Positions 37,278-50,453 of a DNA stretch of 64,000 bases are shown here, in pieces. The notes below the pieces were generated by a model, which searched no databases, was not told where the DNA came from, and worked only from the letters and a program-made list of their open reading frames with translations. The stretch is from Octopus bimaculoides (lineage: Eukaryota), in NCBI RefSeq assembly GCF_001194135.2, contig NC_068993.1, positions 41,719,257-41,783,256 of the forward strand, read 5' to 3'. The stretch's first letter is position 1. The number at the start of each line of letters is the position of its first letter. The translations under genes and the position numbers were made by a program.

Positions 37278-37949
37278 ATTCACTCAATCCCTCTCTCTTT
37301 CTCATATACTCTCCATAATCACGCGCGTGCGCGGAGGTGTATTCTTTTTTTTTTCTCTTTTTGTCTTTTACATATCTTCGTAGAGATATTTCAAACATAG
37401 GAACGGCTCATGGGGAGATAAGCTTCTACAACTGCAACTGACAGTAGACAAATAAATATTTCTTATATACACAAGAAGGTATATAAGTTTAGTAGAAAGC
37501 TATTGTATTTACGATGTTTACATCAGTGTGACACACAGAACGTGTTTAATCAAGAACACATGCAAAAAAAGAAATGATGACGCTATCTATCTTATCAAAA
37601 ACAAACAAATAGTCACTGACATTCATTTTTCAACCACTTGTCCATTGTTCAACTATATTCCACTAACTTCTCTAATATTCTTCTGTTATTCTTCTGTTAT
37701 TCTTGACTAATAAACCTAAACCACGACATGCGTTTCTTTCGCCAGTTGTGGCTCAAGAATTTAAACACAACAGAACGAAACAGAGAATAAACTCTTCGAA
37801 CTAGGATTCAATGCAAATGCCTCGGAGTCTTTAACGATCTTTAAAAAGGCATCACATTTGAGGACTATCTACAATACAAGTGCTGCCCACATTTGTATAC
37901 TGCTAACATAATTGGAACGACGTTGCTTTTGCATGCAAATGATTTGTTA

Positions 37950-38340
37950 AATTTCACTTGCCATAAAAAGAAAGTCTTTATTATTTTTAATATTTACTCT
38001 TGTTATTCTAGGAAAAGCATAGTTGGATGCATCAGGAATGCCGAGACGTGAAGAGAAGTATGAAAGGGGTTGTCTGAGTGGTAGGGTTACGAGACCAGCT
38101 ACCTCTGAAGAAGAGAAGGTATTAAAAAGGCTACGGAAAAGATAGAGAATCGACACAGCACACCGTTAGACCAGAAGCTAACGTGTATCTACTAGAAGTG
38201 AAGTGTTAATAAACCGAGTGCTCCTTCTCTGAATATGATCCAATATGCCAGTGTACGTAGTAGAAGCAGTATCTGAGATACTGAAGCAATACTCCATTAC
38301 GAGTTTCACTTGTAGAGTCTCAGCAGCTGTTGAAGTGGGG
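37950..38340 (-). mobile_element. LINE ORF2 C-terminal fragment (I/Jockey/L2-like), degraded
   Basis: Minus-strand peptides QQLLRLYK..MEYC, LDHIQRRSTRFI, SILYLFRSLF..FSSSEVAGLV.LPL match the post-RT region of non-LTR ORF2. Confidence 0.65.
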
Positions 38341-38949
38341 GCCAGTCTTAAGAATAAAGATTTAAGAATAAAGTTCTAGCTATGTTCAGTTGCAGATTTA
38401 CTTTCCAACATCGCACTAATACTACTGGAACATGATTTCCCGAGAGGAGATTTTTATCTTTATTCTGTGTTAGTAGCTACATATAAATAATAAACAAATA
38501 ATAATGTGAAAGAATTACTAAATCAAATTACCAACGGTGATGGCTTCCGGAAGCTACCAAGTATATATATTCAGAGCCAAGAAAACTGCTTCAATTCCGA
38601 AATATGTCAATTAAATGTCAATTTATGCAATTAAGTTGTCGTTTATTTGATATTATTAACTATATTTTAACCATTTTCATTTCTTTCCATGATCACAATG
38701 GACTGTACTGGTCCTACTAGATCGATAGGTGATTGTTTCTATACATTGATGTAGTATGAAGGTAAGAGAATTTTCATTAGTATTAAAGGTTAAACAGTCG
38801 AAGTGTCCATTTTATTTTGTCGTTCTAGCTATATTGAATTTGAGTGTGTGTATGAGTATGTTTGTGTACGAGTGCATATATATGGAGTGATGGGTATATT
38901 AGAGGGAATGTGTGTATATTAATTTTCATAACAAAAAGCTTGACAGTGA

Positions 38950-38988
38950 CCTCCACGTTTTGGCGTACTAACCGTCTTCAGACTGAGG
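38950..38988 (-). ncRNA. Decayed minimal hammerhead-like motif (PLE-type)
   Basis: The minus strand reads CCTC-AGT-CTGAAGA-CGGTTAGTACGCC-AAAA-CGT-G-GAGG. The CTGANGA box is intact, but GAAA is AAAA and position 17 is G. Confidence 0.3.
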
Positions 38989-39307
38989 TATATATATTAA
39001 TCATTTGTTGAATGAACTTTCAGTTTTATAATTTTAACTAGCTTTTACGTATTTGCGCACGCGTGCGTATGTGTAACATTACATAAGATCGTATATATAC
39101 ATCATAGCTCTTAAATTTAACAGAACGGAACTGGCGCGTAAATTAGTGTAATCGGTAACACGTTTATTGCAAAAATATGAAATGTGTGTTCGAGTCGCAC
39201 GCGTACTTATCCAGTTCTTTCTGTCGAAGGTTTAGACACCCCAATTATAGACTATTTTCTTACAAATTTAAGCTTATAACGATATTTACGGAATACATAC
39301 ATATATT

Positions 39308-39668
39308 TGCTGGCACTCCGTCACCTACGGCGTCGAGGGTTCCAGTTGATCCGATCAACGGAACAGCCTGCTCGTGAAATTAACGTGCAGACACGTGTAC
39401 CCTTAACGTAGTTCTCGGGGATATTCAGCGTGACACAGTGTGACAAGGCTGACCCTTTGACTTACAGGGACAACAGAAACAGGAAGTAAGAGTGAGAGAA
39501 GGTTGTGCTGAAAGAGTACAGCAGGGTTCGCCACCATCCCCTGCCGGAGCCTCGGCGAGCTTTAAGTGTTTTCGCTCAATAAACACTCATAAAGTCCTGT
39601 CTGGGAGTCGAAACCACGATCATATGACCGCGAGTCCACTGCCCTAACCACTGGGCCATTGCTTCTCC
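39308..39668 (-). mobile_element. SINE family C, near full length
   Basis: Reverse complement of 44558-44944 with a small internal deletion. tRNA-like head TGGCCCAGTGGTTAGGGCAGTGGACTCGCGGTCATATGATCGTGGTTTCGACTCCC. Confidence 0.92.
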
Positions 39669-40075
39669 ACACATACATATATATACAAACAAATAAACAC
39701 ACACATGAACACAACACAAACTCCGATTCTTTCTTTTATCAAGCTTTATCGTGCATCTACATATTACTTCTAGCCTGGACAAGAGCCTTCATTTGTTCTT
39801 ATAAAAACTGACAGTTGCCCACGTATGCAAGTCTCCCCTCTCATCACCACCAATGTTTATCCAGTGAATAGATAACCCTTTTGGTGAGATACAGCTTCGC
39901 ATCATTATCGTCGTTGGCCTAAACAGACACCACCACAAGTTATGATTCCAGCCTTTTTAACAGTTCTGATAATCCACCAAACTTTTGTAATTTATTTGCT
40001 TATACAAAAGAAGGCTAATGAGTTTTCTTCGAGGAACTAACAGTTGGTGGTATCATTGTAAACAAGCTGCGAGGT

Positions 40076-40191
40076 ACCATTGTTGATTTAATGGGGTGGA
40101 TCTGGTCATTCGCATGAAACGACAAATGTTTCCACATCTGACAATAGTTTTAACCAATTTATTAGATCCACGCCATTAAATCAACGGTTGT
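40076..40191. repeat. Inverted repeat / hairpin (22-bp arms 40082-40103 and 40164-40185, 60-nt spacer)
   Basis: GTTGATTTAATGGGGTGGATCT versus AGATCCACGCCATTAAATCAAC, one mismatch. Confidence 0.85.
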
Positions 40192-40577
40192 ACACTACAA
40201 CCGGTTACAACACCTCCAGCTGTCAGATCGTAAAAAACTCATTAAGCTTCCTCTATCTAATTTCGTAGATTAGATAGCTGAAGGTTAAAAGAGTTTGTAA
40301 CTCACATTCAGTATACATACATACGTACATACATACATACATGCATGATGGCTGCAAACTCGTGTTCAAGTATTGCCATCACCTGATCGAAAATCCCAGA
40401 CATGCGAAGGCTAGGACTAGCCATTTTTGAGACAGGTCTTACTTCTGTTTCCAAACAATACCTGTGCATAATGATTCTTTTATAGTAGGGAAAGGATTTG
40501 CACAAATCCGATCCCACTCTCTGAACATAGACAACATAAACTCGGAAAGAACTAGTGTACATCATCGAACACTGTCA

Positions 40578-40613
<36 letters not shown>

Positions 40614-41322
40614 NNNNNNNNNNNNNNNNNNNNNNNNNNNNNNNNNNNNNNNNNNNNNNNNNNNNNNNNNNNNNNNNNNNNNNNNNNNNNNNNNNNNNNN
40701 NNNNNNNNNNNNNNNNNNNNNNNNNNNNNNNNNNNNNNNNNNNNNNNNNNNNNNNNNNNNNNNNNNNNNNNNNNNNNNNNNNNNNNNNNNNNNNNNNNNN
40801 NNNNNNNNNNNNNNNNNNNNNNNNNNNNNNNNNNNNNNNNNNNNNNNNNNNNNNNNNNNNNNNNNNNNNNNNNNNNNNNNNNNNNNNNNNNNNNNNNNNN
40901 NNNNNNNNNNNNNNNNNNNNNNNNNNNNNNNNNNNNNNNNNNNNNNNNNNNNNNNNNNNNNNNNNNNNNNNNNNNNNNNNNNNNNNNNNNNNNNNNNNNN
41001 NNNNNNNNNNNNNNNNNNNNNNNNNNNNNNNNNNNNNNNNNNNNNNNNNNNNNNNNNNNNNNNNNNNNNNNNNNNNNNNNNNNNNNNNNNNNNNNNNNNN
41101 NNNNNNNNNNNNNNNNNNNNNNNNNNNNNNNNNNNNNNNNNNNNNNNNNNNNNNNNNNNNNNNNNNNNNNNNNNNNNNNNNNNNNNNNNNNNNNNNNNNN
41201 NNNNNNNNNNNNNNNNNNNNNNNNNNNNNNNNNNNNNNNNNNNNNNNNNNNNNNNNNNNNNNNNNNNNNNNNNNNNNNNNNNNNNNNNNNNNNNNNNNNN
41301 NNNNNNNNNNNNNNNNNNNNNN

Positions 41323-41361
<39 letters not shown>

Positions 41362-41529
41362 TGCTTGTTTCATTCATTTGCTTGTCAGCCACCTTGATAT
41401 ACTGAAATTATTATGAATAGAAATGTAAATTTTTACAGTTTACATTTAAAGTGAATATCCCGATTAATTGAATCTGCTGTAGCGCAGATGTAACAATAAA
41501 ATAATTAATTCTTTCTGCTATATATATAA

Positions 41530-41728
41530 GGCCTGAAATTGGGGGGGGGGATTCATCGATTACATCGACGTCAGTACTTAAGTACTCAACTGCTACTTAT
41601 TTAATCGGACCCGAATGAAAGAAAGGCAAAGTTGATCTTGACTGAACTGGAGCTCAAAATGTAAAAAACGGACGAATTGCTGATAAACATCTTGTCCGGT
41701 GTACATACGAGTCTTCTAGTTTGCTGCA
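41530..41728 (-). mobile_element. SINE family A
   Basis: ATCGATTACATCGACG...CTACTTATTTAATCGGACCCGAATGAAAGAAAGGCAAAGTTGA...GGACGAATTGCTG. Confidence 0.75.
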
Positions 41729-44252
41729 TAAGTAATAATTCATTTTTAATAGTGGAACTTGAAATAGATAAAGGTATAAATATTACCATGTAAATATAGG
41801 ATTCAAAACTATTTGGATAAAAATATTCAAAGATTGCCTGTGTGGCTCGAACCAGGATCTACTGTAAACAGGACAGATGTTCTAGTATTGGACCAAAGCG
41901 ATCCTTCAAACTTTTCTGTTTCAGAAACTTAGCTCTTTCCAGTAAGAATTATAAAACACGAATAGGGGTTAATAACATCGAAACATGCCTTGAGGTATCG
42001 CTGTACTTACTAAGATAAAACGCCTTCTTTAATGCATGTATCAATTTTTTAAAATCAGTTTTAATGACGAAATAGTCCCACTTATTTTGCTTTAGAAAGC
42101 TTGTCATTAATGATCAAAATTTCTTGTTTTTACGGGTACAATTTTTATTAAAATATCAGTTATTAGTTCAGAATTGCAATCTGTGTATTTTATTTAACAT
42201 GGATATAATGTAAGAAATCTACAAAATTATGTTGTGAAGATAAATAGTGCGAGCGAAAGCTATAGAATTGGTAGATCTGGGATTTCTGCGGATTTACGCG
42301 TCATCGGGGGCAAGTATCCACTATTACCGTATGCTTACACAAATTTCGTTCCTACTGATGTAATTCAAATGTTTCGCATCCACTTCATTGATCAAATTAG
42401 TCAGTACTAATATAAGTCAGTGTAATAAAAGTATAGCTTTCATACCAGTATGAGAACAAATTTGTTTAACTCACATATGAATAAAGCTAACAGTATTTGC
42501 TTTCCATACAATTCGATGAAATTTCTAATCTATTCTTTTACTTAAATATCTTTATCCGTGTACGGTTGAAGTATTGTTCATATATTTCAGCGTGCATAAG
42601 AATACAAGACAATGATTTTTCTAAGTTTTTTTTCTACGAACATGCTCTTACATTTTCAGATTTCTACCATTTTACAGTTATAGTCCCTCGCTGTTATGTT
42701 CCAAATATTTCATAAAACAGAGATACGATTCCCTCTGCTGGTTGTACCAACTTTATGGGAATGCCTGAAAAACCTCAGAAAATTAGCTTTAGATATCGTG
42801 TGATTAATGCTTTATCAAAAGAAAAAACAGTATCGACTTTCCAGAATATGCACTCACGCACGAACATAAAAATGTGCTCATAGGCGGAAACAATACCCCT
42901 ACATGTATATAAATACAGAAAATATTTAATGTTTCTTGCAATAAATAGCTCAAAAATTGACTTAGATTTAGTCTTAAATCTCTTTGAAAGAAAAAATTGT
43001 GTGTGGGTATGCATAGAGGAACTTGACAACCTTGAAAATTAAATTTGTTTCTCATAATTCAAGCAAGGAATAAAAAATATTTGTGATTTTTTTCTTCATA
43101 GAAATATATTCTAAAAGCTTGCTTTTATCCCTTCCCATTTTCTTCCTATTTGAATTCCCTTCACTCTTGTCTCGCATATTCTCTCCCCACCACCACCACC
43201 ACCTCTTTTTCTTTTCTAGCATTCATAATTTTCCTTTTCCTATCTGTTTCCATGACGAACTGGTTCTTCAACCGGCAAAATAAAAAAAAAGAAAAGGAGA
43301 AAAAAAATTAAATTTACTATTACCCTTTTTCTTTCACTACTTCCTTTCCGTCTCCTTACTTATGTCTCTCCACATGCTGGTTTGTATCACTATTTAATAC
43401 ATGCCTTCATTTTTCTCTTCCTGCCTTTATATTTCATACTACTAAATAATATTTTTGAAAACTCTTATTCAATTTCCGTTCCTATTTGTACAGTGAATAG
43501 CATTATCATTATGGTTCACCATTTTCACTGATTTTTTTTTCATTTATTTCCATGTCTCTCTTTCCTTCTCCCCCTCATTCTGTCCTACCATCTCTCTCTT
43601 TTCTATGTCTCTGTCTTTGTAGCTGTGTCCCCCCTCCCTCTCCCGTTTACAGTTCTTTATTTCCCTTGCAATTCATTTTCTCATCTGCCAACCACATGTC
43701 CTCATATTTGCTTGATATTAATCACATCTCCGAAGAAGAGTAAAAATATAAATGATACTGTAAAGTAGATTAGACACTGAGGATAAAATACCAAAAAGAA
43801 ACAAAAAAAGAGAATAAAATAAAAAGAAAACTAAAGAAGGAAAAAAATGGTATTCTCTGTCCAAAGAGAATGTTATCGGAATGTAGGCAACGTCTCACAT
43901 CAGAAACAGAAGAAAAAAAGTTTCTTGTTTATTAGATTAGTTTCCTTGAAGATTGAAAATTATATTCGAACTGCTAGATGCAAAATCTGATGGTACTCAA
44001 ACCCGATCTACCTACGTAGTTTTGTTTCTTATATTCCCTTTTCTTTGGTTATAGTACTGTATTGAATGGGAGATAAAGCAAAAACAAAAAAAGACAAAGA
44101 TGTTCAATTTCAATGTGATGTTTGGGTGTACAATTTGATAGTAATTTCCATCATACAGAGGCGCTGAAAGTAGTTTTGGGACAAGTTACTTTCTCCTGCA
44201 TCACTGGAGAGCACAAGAGTACAGATTACTGAGAAATATTAATGCTGTTAGT

Positions 44253-44444
44253 GATGGTGGCGAGCTGGCAGAACCATTAGCCCACCGGGCAAAATGCTTA
44301 GCGGCACTTCACCCGTCTTTACGTTCTAAGTTGAAATTCCCTTGGAGTCAATAAAATAAGTACTAGCTGAGTACTGCATTCGATGTAATCGACTTACTCC
44401 CTCGCTTGAAATTGGTGCCCTTGTACCAACATTTGAAATCAATA
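44253..44444 (+). mobile_element. SINE family A with a central deletion
   Basis: GATGGTGGCGAGCTGGCAGAACCATTAGCCCACCGGGCAAAATGCTTAGCGGCAC head; GATGTAATCGACTTAC; TTTGAAATCAATA tail. Confidence 0.85.
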
Positions 44445-44557
44445 GTAATGTGGTAGTGATGGCAATACACAGCTGTCTCGTATATACCACTATTAATTTG
44501 GTAGTTAATTGGAGACTGAGGGAATAGGATACATTCATATTGTGCAGTGCTGTTGAT

Positions 44558-44944
44558 GGTGGAGGCGCAATGACTCAGTGGTTAGGGAAGCGGACTCGCG
44601 GTCATAGGATCGTGGTTTCGATTCCCAGACTGGCGTTGTGAGTGTTTATTGAGTGAAAAAACCTAAGGCTCCATGAGGCTCCGGCAGGGGATGGTGACGA
44701 ACCCTGCTGTACTCTTTCACCACAACTTTCTCTCACTCTTACTTCCTGTTTCTGTTGTGCCTGTAATGCAAAAGGGTCAGCCTTGTCACACTGTGTCACG
44801 CTGAATATCCCCGAGAACTACGTTAAGGGTACACGTGTCTGTGGAATGCTCAGTCAGTTGCACGTTAATTTCACGAGCAGGCTGTTCCGTTGATCATATC
44901 AACTGGAACCCTCGATGTCGTAAGCGACGGAGTACCAACAACAA
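44558..44944 (+). mobile_element. SINE family C, full length, with target-site duplication
   Basis: A-box-like TGACTCAGTGG, B-box-like GGTTTCGATTCC, (ACA)n tail. TSD CAGTGCTGTTGAT (44545-44557) / CAGTGCTGTCAAT (44945-44957). Confidence 0.92.
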
Positions 44945-45084
44945 CAGTGCTGTCAATATTTAGAATGATAAAGAGCAATCTCTGGTCGCATCGTAAACGA
45001 TAATTCGATGAGTTTGGACCAGTTCATATCATATAGAAGACAAATCTTACGTCTCTGAACTACAATAGCTTTTCGTCTCAGTGT

Positions 45085-45135
<51 letters not shown>

Positions 45136-45699
45136 TAACGCATACTACTATCAGTTTCCTCGTAATGTACTTCTTATCAATCAATATACGCACAAGAAGC
45201 AACATTAGATTAAAATTACAAGGTTTTTATCATTTACATTCAAATGTAAAGCGGTGTTAATTGTAGGATTTTGTCTCGGAGAGCATCTTCACTTAAGAGG
45301 TTATGTGTTAATACCACGAGCACTGATCGATGTCAGGACCATCAGACACCGACGTTTTCGTTGGAATTATTTTCTCAGTGAGGCCACACACTTGGTCATT
45401 CGGAGTTGGCAAAGAGATTGTTCATGAATAGAAGTCTGCAAATACATTTTGCTGCTTTTTAAAAAATTGTTTCAATATATTTGGCAAAGCATCGTTTCGA
45501 GAATGCTCAATTTTAAACAAGCCATTTGGTATATATTGCGCAATATATAAACATATTTACTTCCTTTTTAACATAACTTCAACAACTTCTTTTTAGTGAA
45601 GGCGGCATGATAGCATTTGAAGAAAGAGTTGCTTGCAATTTTTTCTACTTCTGCGACTGCTTAAATGCTTCCTAATTTATCACCATATTCCCCAACTAT

Positions 45700-46680
45700 C
45701 CCGCTAAATTACCCTCCTCATCTACAGGATTTTAAATCTCACACCGATGTTATCATTGAGGAGATTTCATAGCAACAGCTCCTCCTCGTTTTCAAATAAT
45801 AAGGATAACAAAACGGTGGCGCTATATCATCGCACTAGACATATTTACATCTTAAATAAACAACACCAACACATACATGCCTCATCAAGTAACGCAACTC
45901 GTCTAAGTTTCACTTTCTGCTGTCTACCATACCCTGCTTGCCACAACCACGTTGGTGAATATTCGCCTTAACTCTCCTTGGATCAGTTACCAATTATGAT
46001 CACAGCACGATCACACATTAATGAAAAGGGGAAAATTATTTTTATGAACTTCAAGAAACCAGAATGGAATCAGTTTCAACCATATTAAAAAACAAGTTTC
46101 AGAATACCTCACAAAAAAACTAATACAGACACCGCGTTACCTACCTTTATGAAGGTATTTATAAAAGCATCTAAAAATATGTTCCGCAAGGTAACATAAA
46201 GTACACAACACCAGTCAGACATCAGAAATAGCCATCCTCGTAAAAACCAGAGACGACCCCAGACATAAAACACAAAACAACACGAAACTAATATTAAACT
46301 TGGTATAAAATAAATAAACAAAAATAAGCAAAAATTATCAAAACAAACTTCAGAAAAACAGAATCTGGCAGATACTTATATCCCATATTTACCATAAAAA
46401 TATCAGTAAGCATATATCAACAACAACAGTCACGCCACCAAAATAATATTAAATAATAAACCTACACTATACCAAACAGATGACCTTGTTAATTGTTTCT
46501 TCAAAATAAACCGCGAAGGACCATAAAAAGAAGACGGGAATATAATACGGAACAGATAATTCAGTGAAGCCGAGATTTTGACACTATCCGTGTGACCCCA
46601 AAAAGCAAAATGGAAATCTAAAACCTACAAAGCCCCAGTCCCAGACGAAATATCTATGACCAGACAAAATTACTGCAGCC
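45700..46680 (+). mobile_element. LINE ORF2 relic (APE C-terminus to pre-RT linker; I/Jockey/R1-like)
   Basis: Collinear fragments (G)SD.LPIMI (about 45980), FMNFKKPEWNQF (about 46040) and KAPVPDEIS (about 46630; canonical KAPGPDGI). A-rich plus strand, many stops. Confidence 0.6.
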
Positions 46681-46813
46681 TTTAATATCTACAATTATTC
46701 ACACACAAATTTGTTGAATTCTCAGAATATGCAGATGGTAAACAAAAATTGACATAACAAAGGCAAATGCGTATGCAAAATTATTATACCTATACGAATA
46801 TACATAAATATCA

Positions 46814-46889
<76 letters not shown>

Positions 46890-47232
46890 TGTGTGTGTGT
46901 ATACATATATATATATATATATATATGTGCATATATATATATACATATATGTATACACATATAGATATATATAAATATATACACATATAGATATATAGGG
47001 ATATATAGATATGCGAAAGAAAATCACATGTGTACAAGTATATATATATATATATATATTGAGAAATAAATTTACTTTTACATGGAATATGAAAAATACA
47101 GAAAAATAAGGGGAGAATGCATAGTTTTTTTTACAATAGGTAATGAATCACTGAAACGTGGATATGATATGTCTGAATTTTACAAAGTTACTTGATTAGT
47201 TTGACCTTGACCTTGATCGACCAAATAATCAG

Positions 47233-47466
47233 TTGACTCGACATAGTCGGAAAACTGGAAGGAAGCAACTTGAACTCCTGCTGTCCAATGTCCCAGATAA
47301 ATTCACATCACGGCTAGAGACTCAAAAGACGACAGCAATGTACAGGGCACGAAAAGCCAGTCGCATAAGAATGGCCATTGAAGAGGTAATTACATTGCAG
47401 GTGCCCCAGCATGGCTACATACTTTGAGTTGAAACGCATAAAAGAATAACAGAATATACTACGTAG
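47233..47466 (+). mobile_element. 5'-truncated CR1/L2-like LINE 3' end with a 16-bp TSD
   Basis: TSD TCGACCAAATAATCAG (47217-47232) / TCGACCAAATTATCAG (47467-47482). Peptide RKQLELLLSNVPDK resembles the CR1-type terminal FK..LD..L..VPD. Tail GGTGCCCCAGCATGGC...TGAAAC..ATAAAAGAATAACAGAATA. Confidence 0.7.
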
Positions 47467-47519
47467 TCGACCAAATTATCAGATGTCATACATCACTGGT
47501 CACAATGCGCTTTGCATCA

Positions 47520-47745
47520 ATTTGGCTTTTCAATTATGCCACCTCGCTAACTAGGTGAGCAGACTAACATTCGCCCCACCCAGTCGGAAGGCTAGTCCGT
47601 TGCAGGGTTACACATTTACAGCTGAGTGGACTGGACCAACATTTAATGAAGTATTTTGCTCAAGAACACAACACGTCGCTCGGCCCAGGGCTCGAACCTA
47701 CGATCGCTAGTCAGCGAGCGCATCACCCTGGCCACTAGGCCATGC
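47520..47745 (-). mobile_element. SINE family D (tRNA head plus CORE-like domain)
   Basis: Minus strand: GCATGGCCTAGTGGCC...GTAGGTTCGAGCCC (A and B boxes), then GTGTTGTGTTCTTGAGCAAAATACTT...CCAGTCCACTCAGCTGTAAATG, which resembles the CORE-SINE domain. Confidence 0.75.
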
Positions 47746-47754
47746 ATATTCACA

Positions 47755-47810
<56 letters not shown>

Positions 47811-48111
47811 NNNNNNNNNNNNNNNNNNNNNNNNNNNNNNNNNNNNNNNNNNNNNNNNNNNNNNNNNNNNNNNNNNNNNNNNNNNNNNNNNNNNNNNNNN
47901 NNNNNNNNNNNNNNNNNNNNNNNNNNNNNNNNNNNNNNNNNNNNNNNNNNNNNNNNNNNNNNNNNNNNNNNNNNNNNNNNNNNNNNNNNNNNNNNNNNNN
48001 NNNNNNNNNNNNNNNNNNNNNNNNNNNNNNNNNNNNNNNNNNNNNNNNNNNNNNNNNNNNNNNNNNNNNNNNNNNNNNNNNNNNNTATATATATATATAT
48101 ATATATATATG

Positions 48112-48451
48112 GTATTGCTTATGGCCACTTTAATATGGCTGTCCTCTAAGAGACGACGATACTTCCATTTAACCTCAGAACGAAATATCCAGCTGATTTA
48201 TTCAGTGTTTCTCGCACTCGATATTTATTGTAAACGGGAGATAACTCCTGCCACCCTAGCTCTGAGACTACCAGACCACATGGTTTCGATCTAAGTTGGA
48301 TCTTCTCGGTCGCGGGAACTCGTTCGTCAATTACTGATTCTGTAACTAGGAAACTAGTCCGTAAGCAGATCTCTGTTCGAACCAAAAAGTATTGTTTATG
48401 GCTACTTTAATGTGACTGTCCTCTAAGAGACGACGATACTGCCATTTGACC
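48112..48451. repeat. 63-bp direct repeat pair (48112-48174; 48389-48451)
   Basis: 57/63 identical, including CTGTCCTCTAAGAGACGACGATACT; 214-bp spacer. Confidence 0.85.
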
Positions 48452-50382
48452 CAGGAATTCATCTCCTCCAGCTGGTGTATACGTTTCGACTCGTATACTG
48501 CTTCTATCTTAAATGATTGAGAAAATGTAATGATGTAGGTGCATCTGTGGATGTCATTCCCTTGGGTGGATGAATGGTTATTGCCCCAATTTACTGGCCC
48601 GAATAATGATGGCATCGACACATATTTTGACGTTAACGTGTCTTATGTAGGACGATTATTTTACAAAAGCAATCTACCAAAGTTCAGCGCCCTGGGATAT
48701 CGCAAATGAAACAACAAAAGTATTTTTTCACCCGATTAAACGCCTGTTAAACAACCCATCATATAGGTTTTACACGACTAGATTCGAGTTACTTCCCCTG
48801 CTAGATAAAGTTGCTTATATGACTAATAAGGGTGGGGCGAATATAGAAACGTTGTCAGGAACATCGTCTAAATAAAATTATTGAAAGGCGTGCTCATGTG
48901 GCTTTGTATCTATCGTAAATTTTGAGTCTAACCCTAGTTATACAACTTTCAAATGTGAGCTGTACCACCTCAATGTGCCTATTTGTAGGTACGAACGTCT
49001 TAAACACAAAAGCCAGCTTAGCGACATCATACAAAAAATATTTCGGCTGGTAGACAGACGCTATTGTTGCTCAGGCACCTGCAATTTTATATTGATCTAA
49101 AATGTAATACACTTTATACATCACACATACATTCTGTACAGCGATATCATCTAATACCGTTTAATCTACCAATACAAGTAATATTAAATATATATAAAGG
49201 ACACTCCAATATAAGCAGATTCCAAATTTGCTTAAACTAATATGTATTTTCATTTTTATAAGTATTTTTCAATAAATTTTAGTATGTTTGATTAGCAAAT
49301 ATATTTCTAGTTCTGGGTATTTGGCAATATATTTTACCAAACATGTCGAATGTACAGAAAATATTAGGTTTTGTATTAGTCACGATTTTGACCAGAACTA
49401 AAATGTTGCTTATTTCTTTTTCAGATGGTCTCCTCTTGAATCTTTCCAGTATTTTCTTCTTTCTTAGTCGAAGAAAGAGAAGTCGTTAAGGTCACTTTTA
49501 GTATAGCATTTTATTTGAACAACTCTTATTTTGACCGAACCAATATCTCATTTTCCATAGAAACGCCTTTGACATCTTACACTCATCTTAACTCCAAACT
49601 TTCAGAATGCTGACGACACAAACCAACTCATTTTTCTTTCATTCGTTCATTCATCTTTTCTTCCTCTTCTCTTCTTTTCCTTTTTATTTTCTTTCTTTAT
49701 TTGCTTTCTGTATCTTCTCTTTCGTGACGTTGAAGATTTAAATCAATTATATCTATCAAGATTTCGGCTAAAAGTTCTACTCTGACACTCTGCAAAGAAT
49801 GAACAGAATTCAACGTACCAGGAATATTTTCCCTTTCTATTCGACAGTTCAAAGAAGCATTTCGATGCAATGTTTGGAACCCTTTCACGGTACACTATTA
49901 ACTGATTAGATAAGATATGGGCTAGATCCGACCACTTTTTCAAACAGCGGGATTCATTCTCTGTTTTATATTGCGAACTGGTATGAGTGTGCGTGCGCGT
50001 GAGTGTTTTTATGTGTGTGTATGTGTATCTGTGGGGGTTTTTATGATTAATGAGTGCTGTCATAATCTAGCAGCAAGAAGAATTATTGGAAGATAAAGTA
50101 GTAAGTTTACATCATTTGTGTCAACCTCGCAGATATATATTCCTACCTATTAATCTGACTAACATCCTAATTGTGTGTGTGTGTATATATATATATACAT
50201 AGATAATATCACACAGCATGTTTAGTATTCGCGATTGCCCTTACAACTTTAATGCAGTGTTGGATCAAAAGAAAAAGAAACAGAGAAAGGAATACGTACA
50301 TGTTTACCTACACAAGTGCGTGCGTGCGTGCGTGCGTATGTATACACACGTATGTATATCTATACATGTATAAATGTATATA

Positions 50383-50453
<71 letters not shown>

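Noticed and set aside
44558-44640. tRNA-like heads of the SINEs (also 7579-7665, 39590-39668, 47670-47745) as tRNA genes
   Set aside because: They have A and B boxes, but continue into SINE bodies and tails and lack a complete cloverleaf and a T-run terminator.
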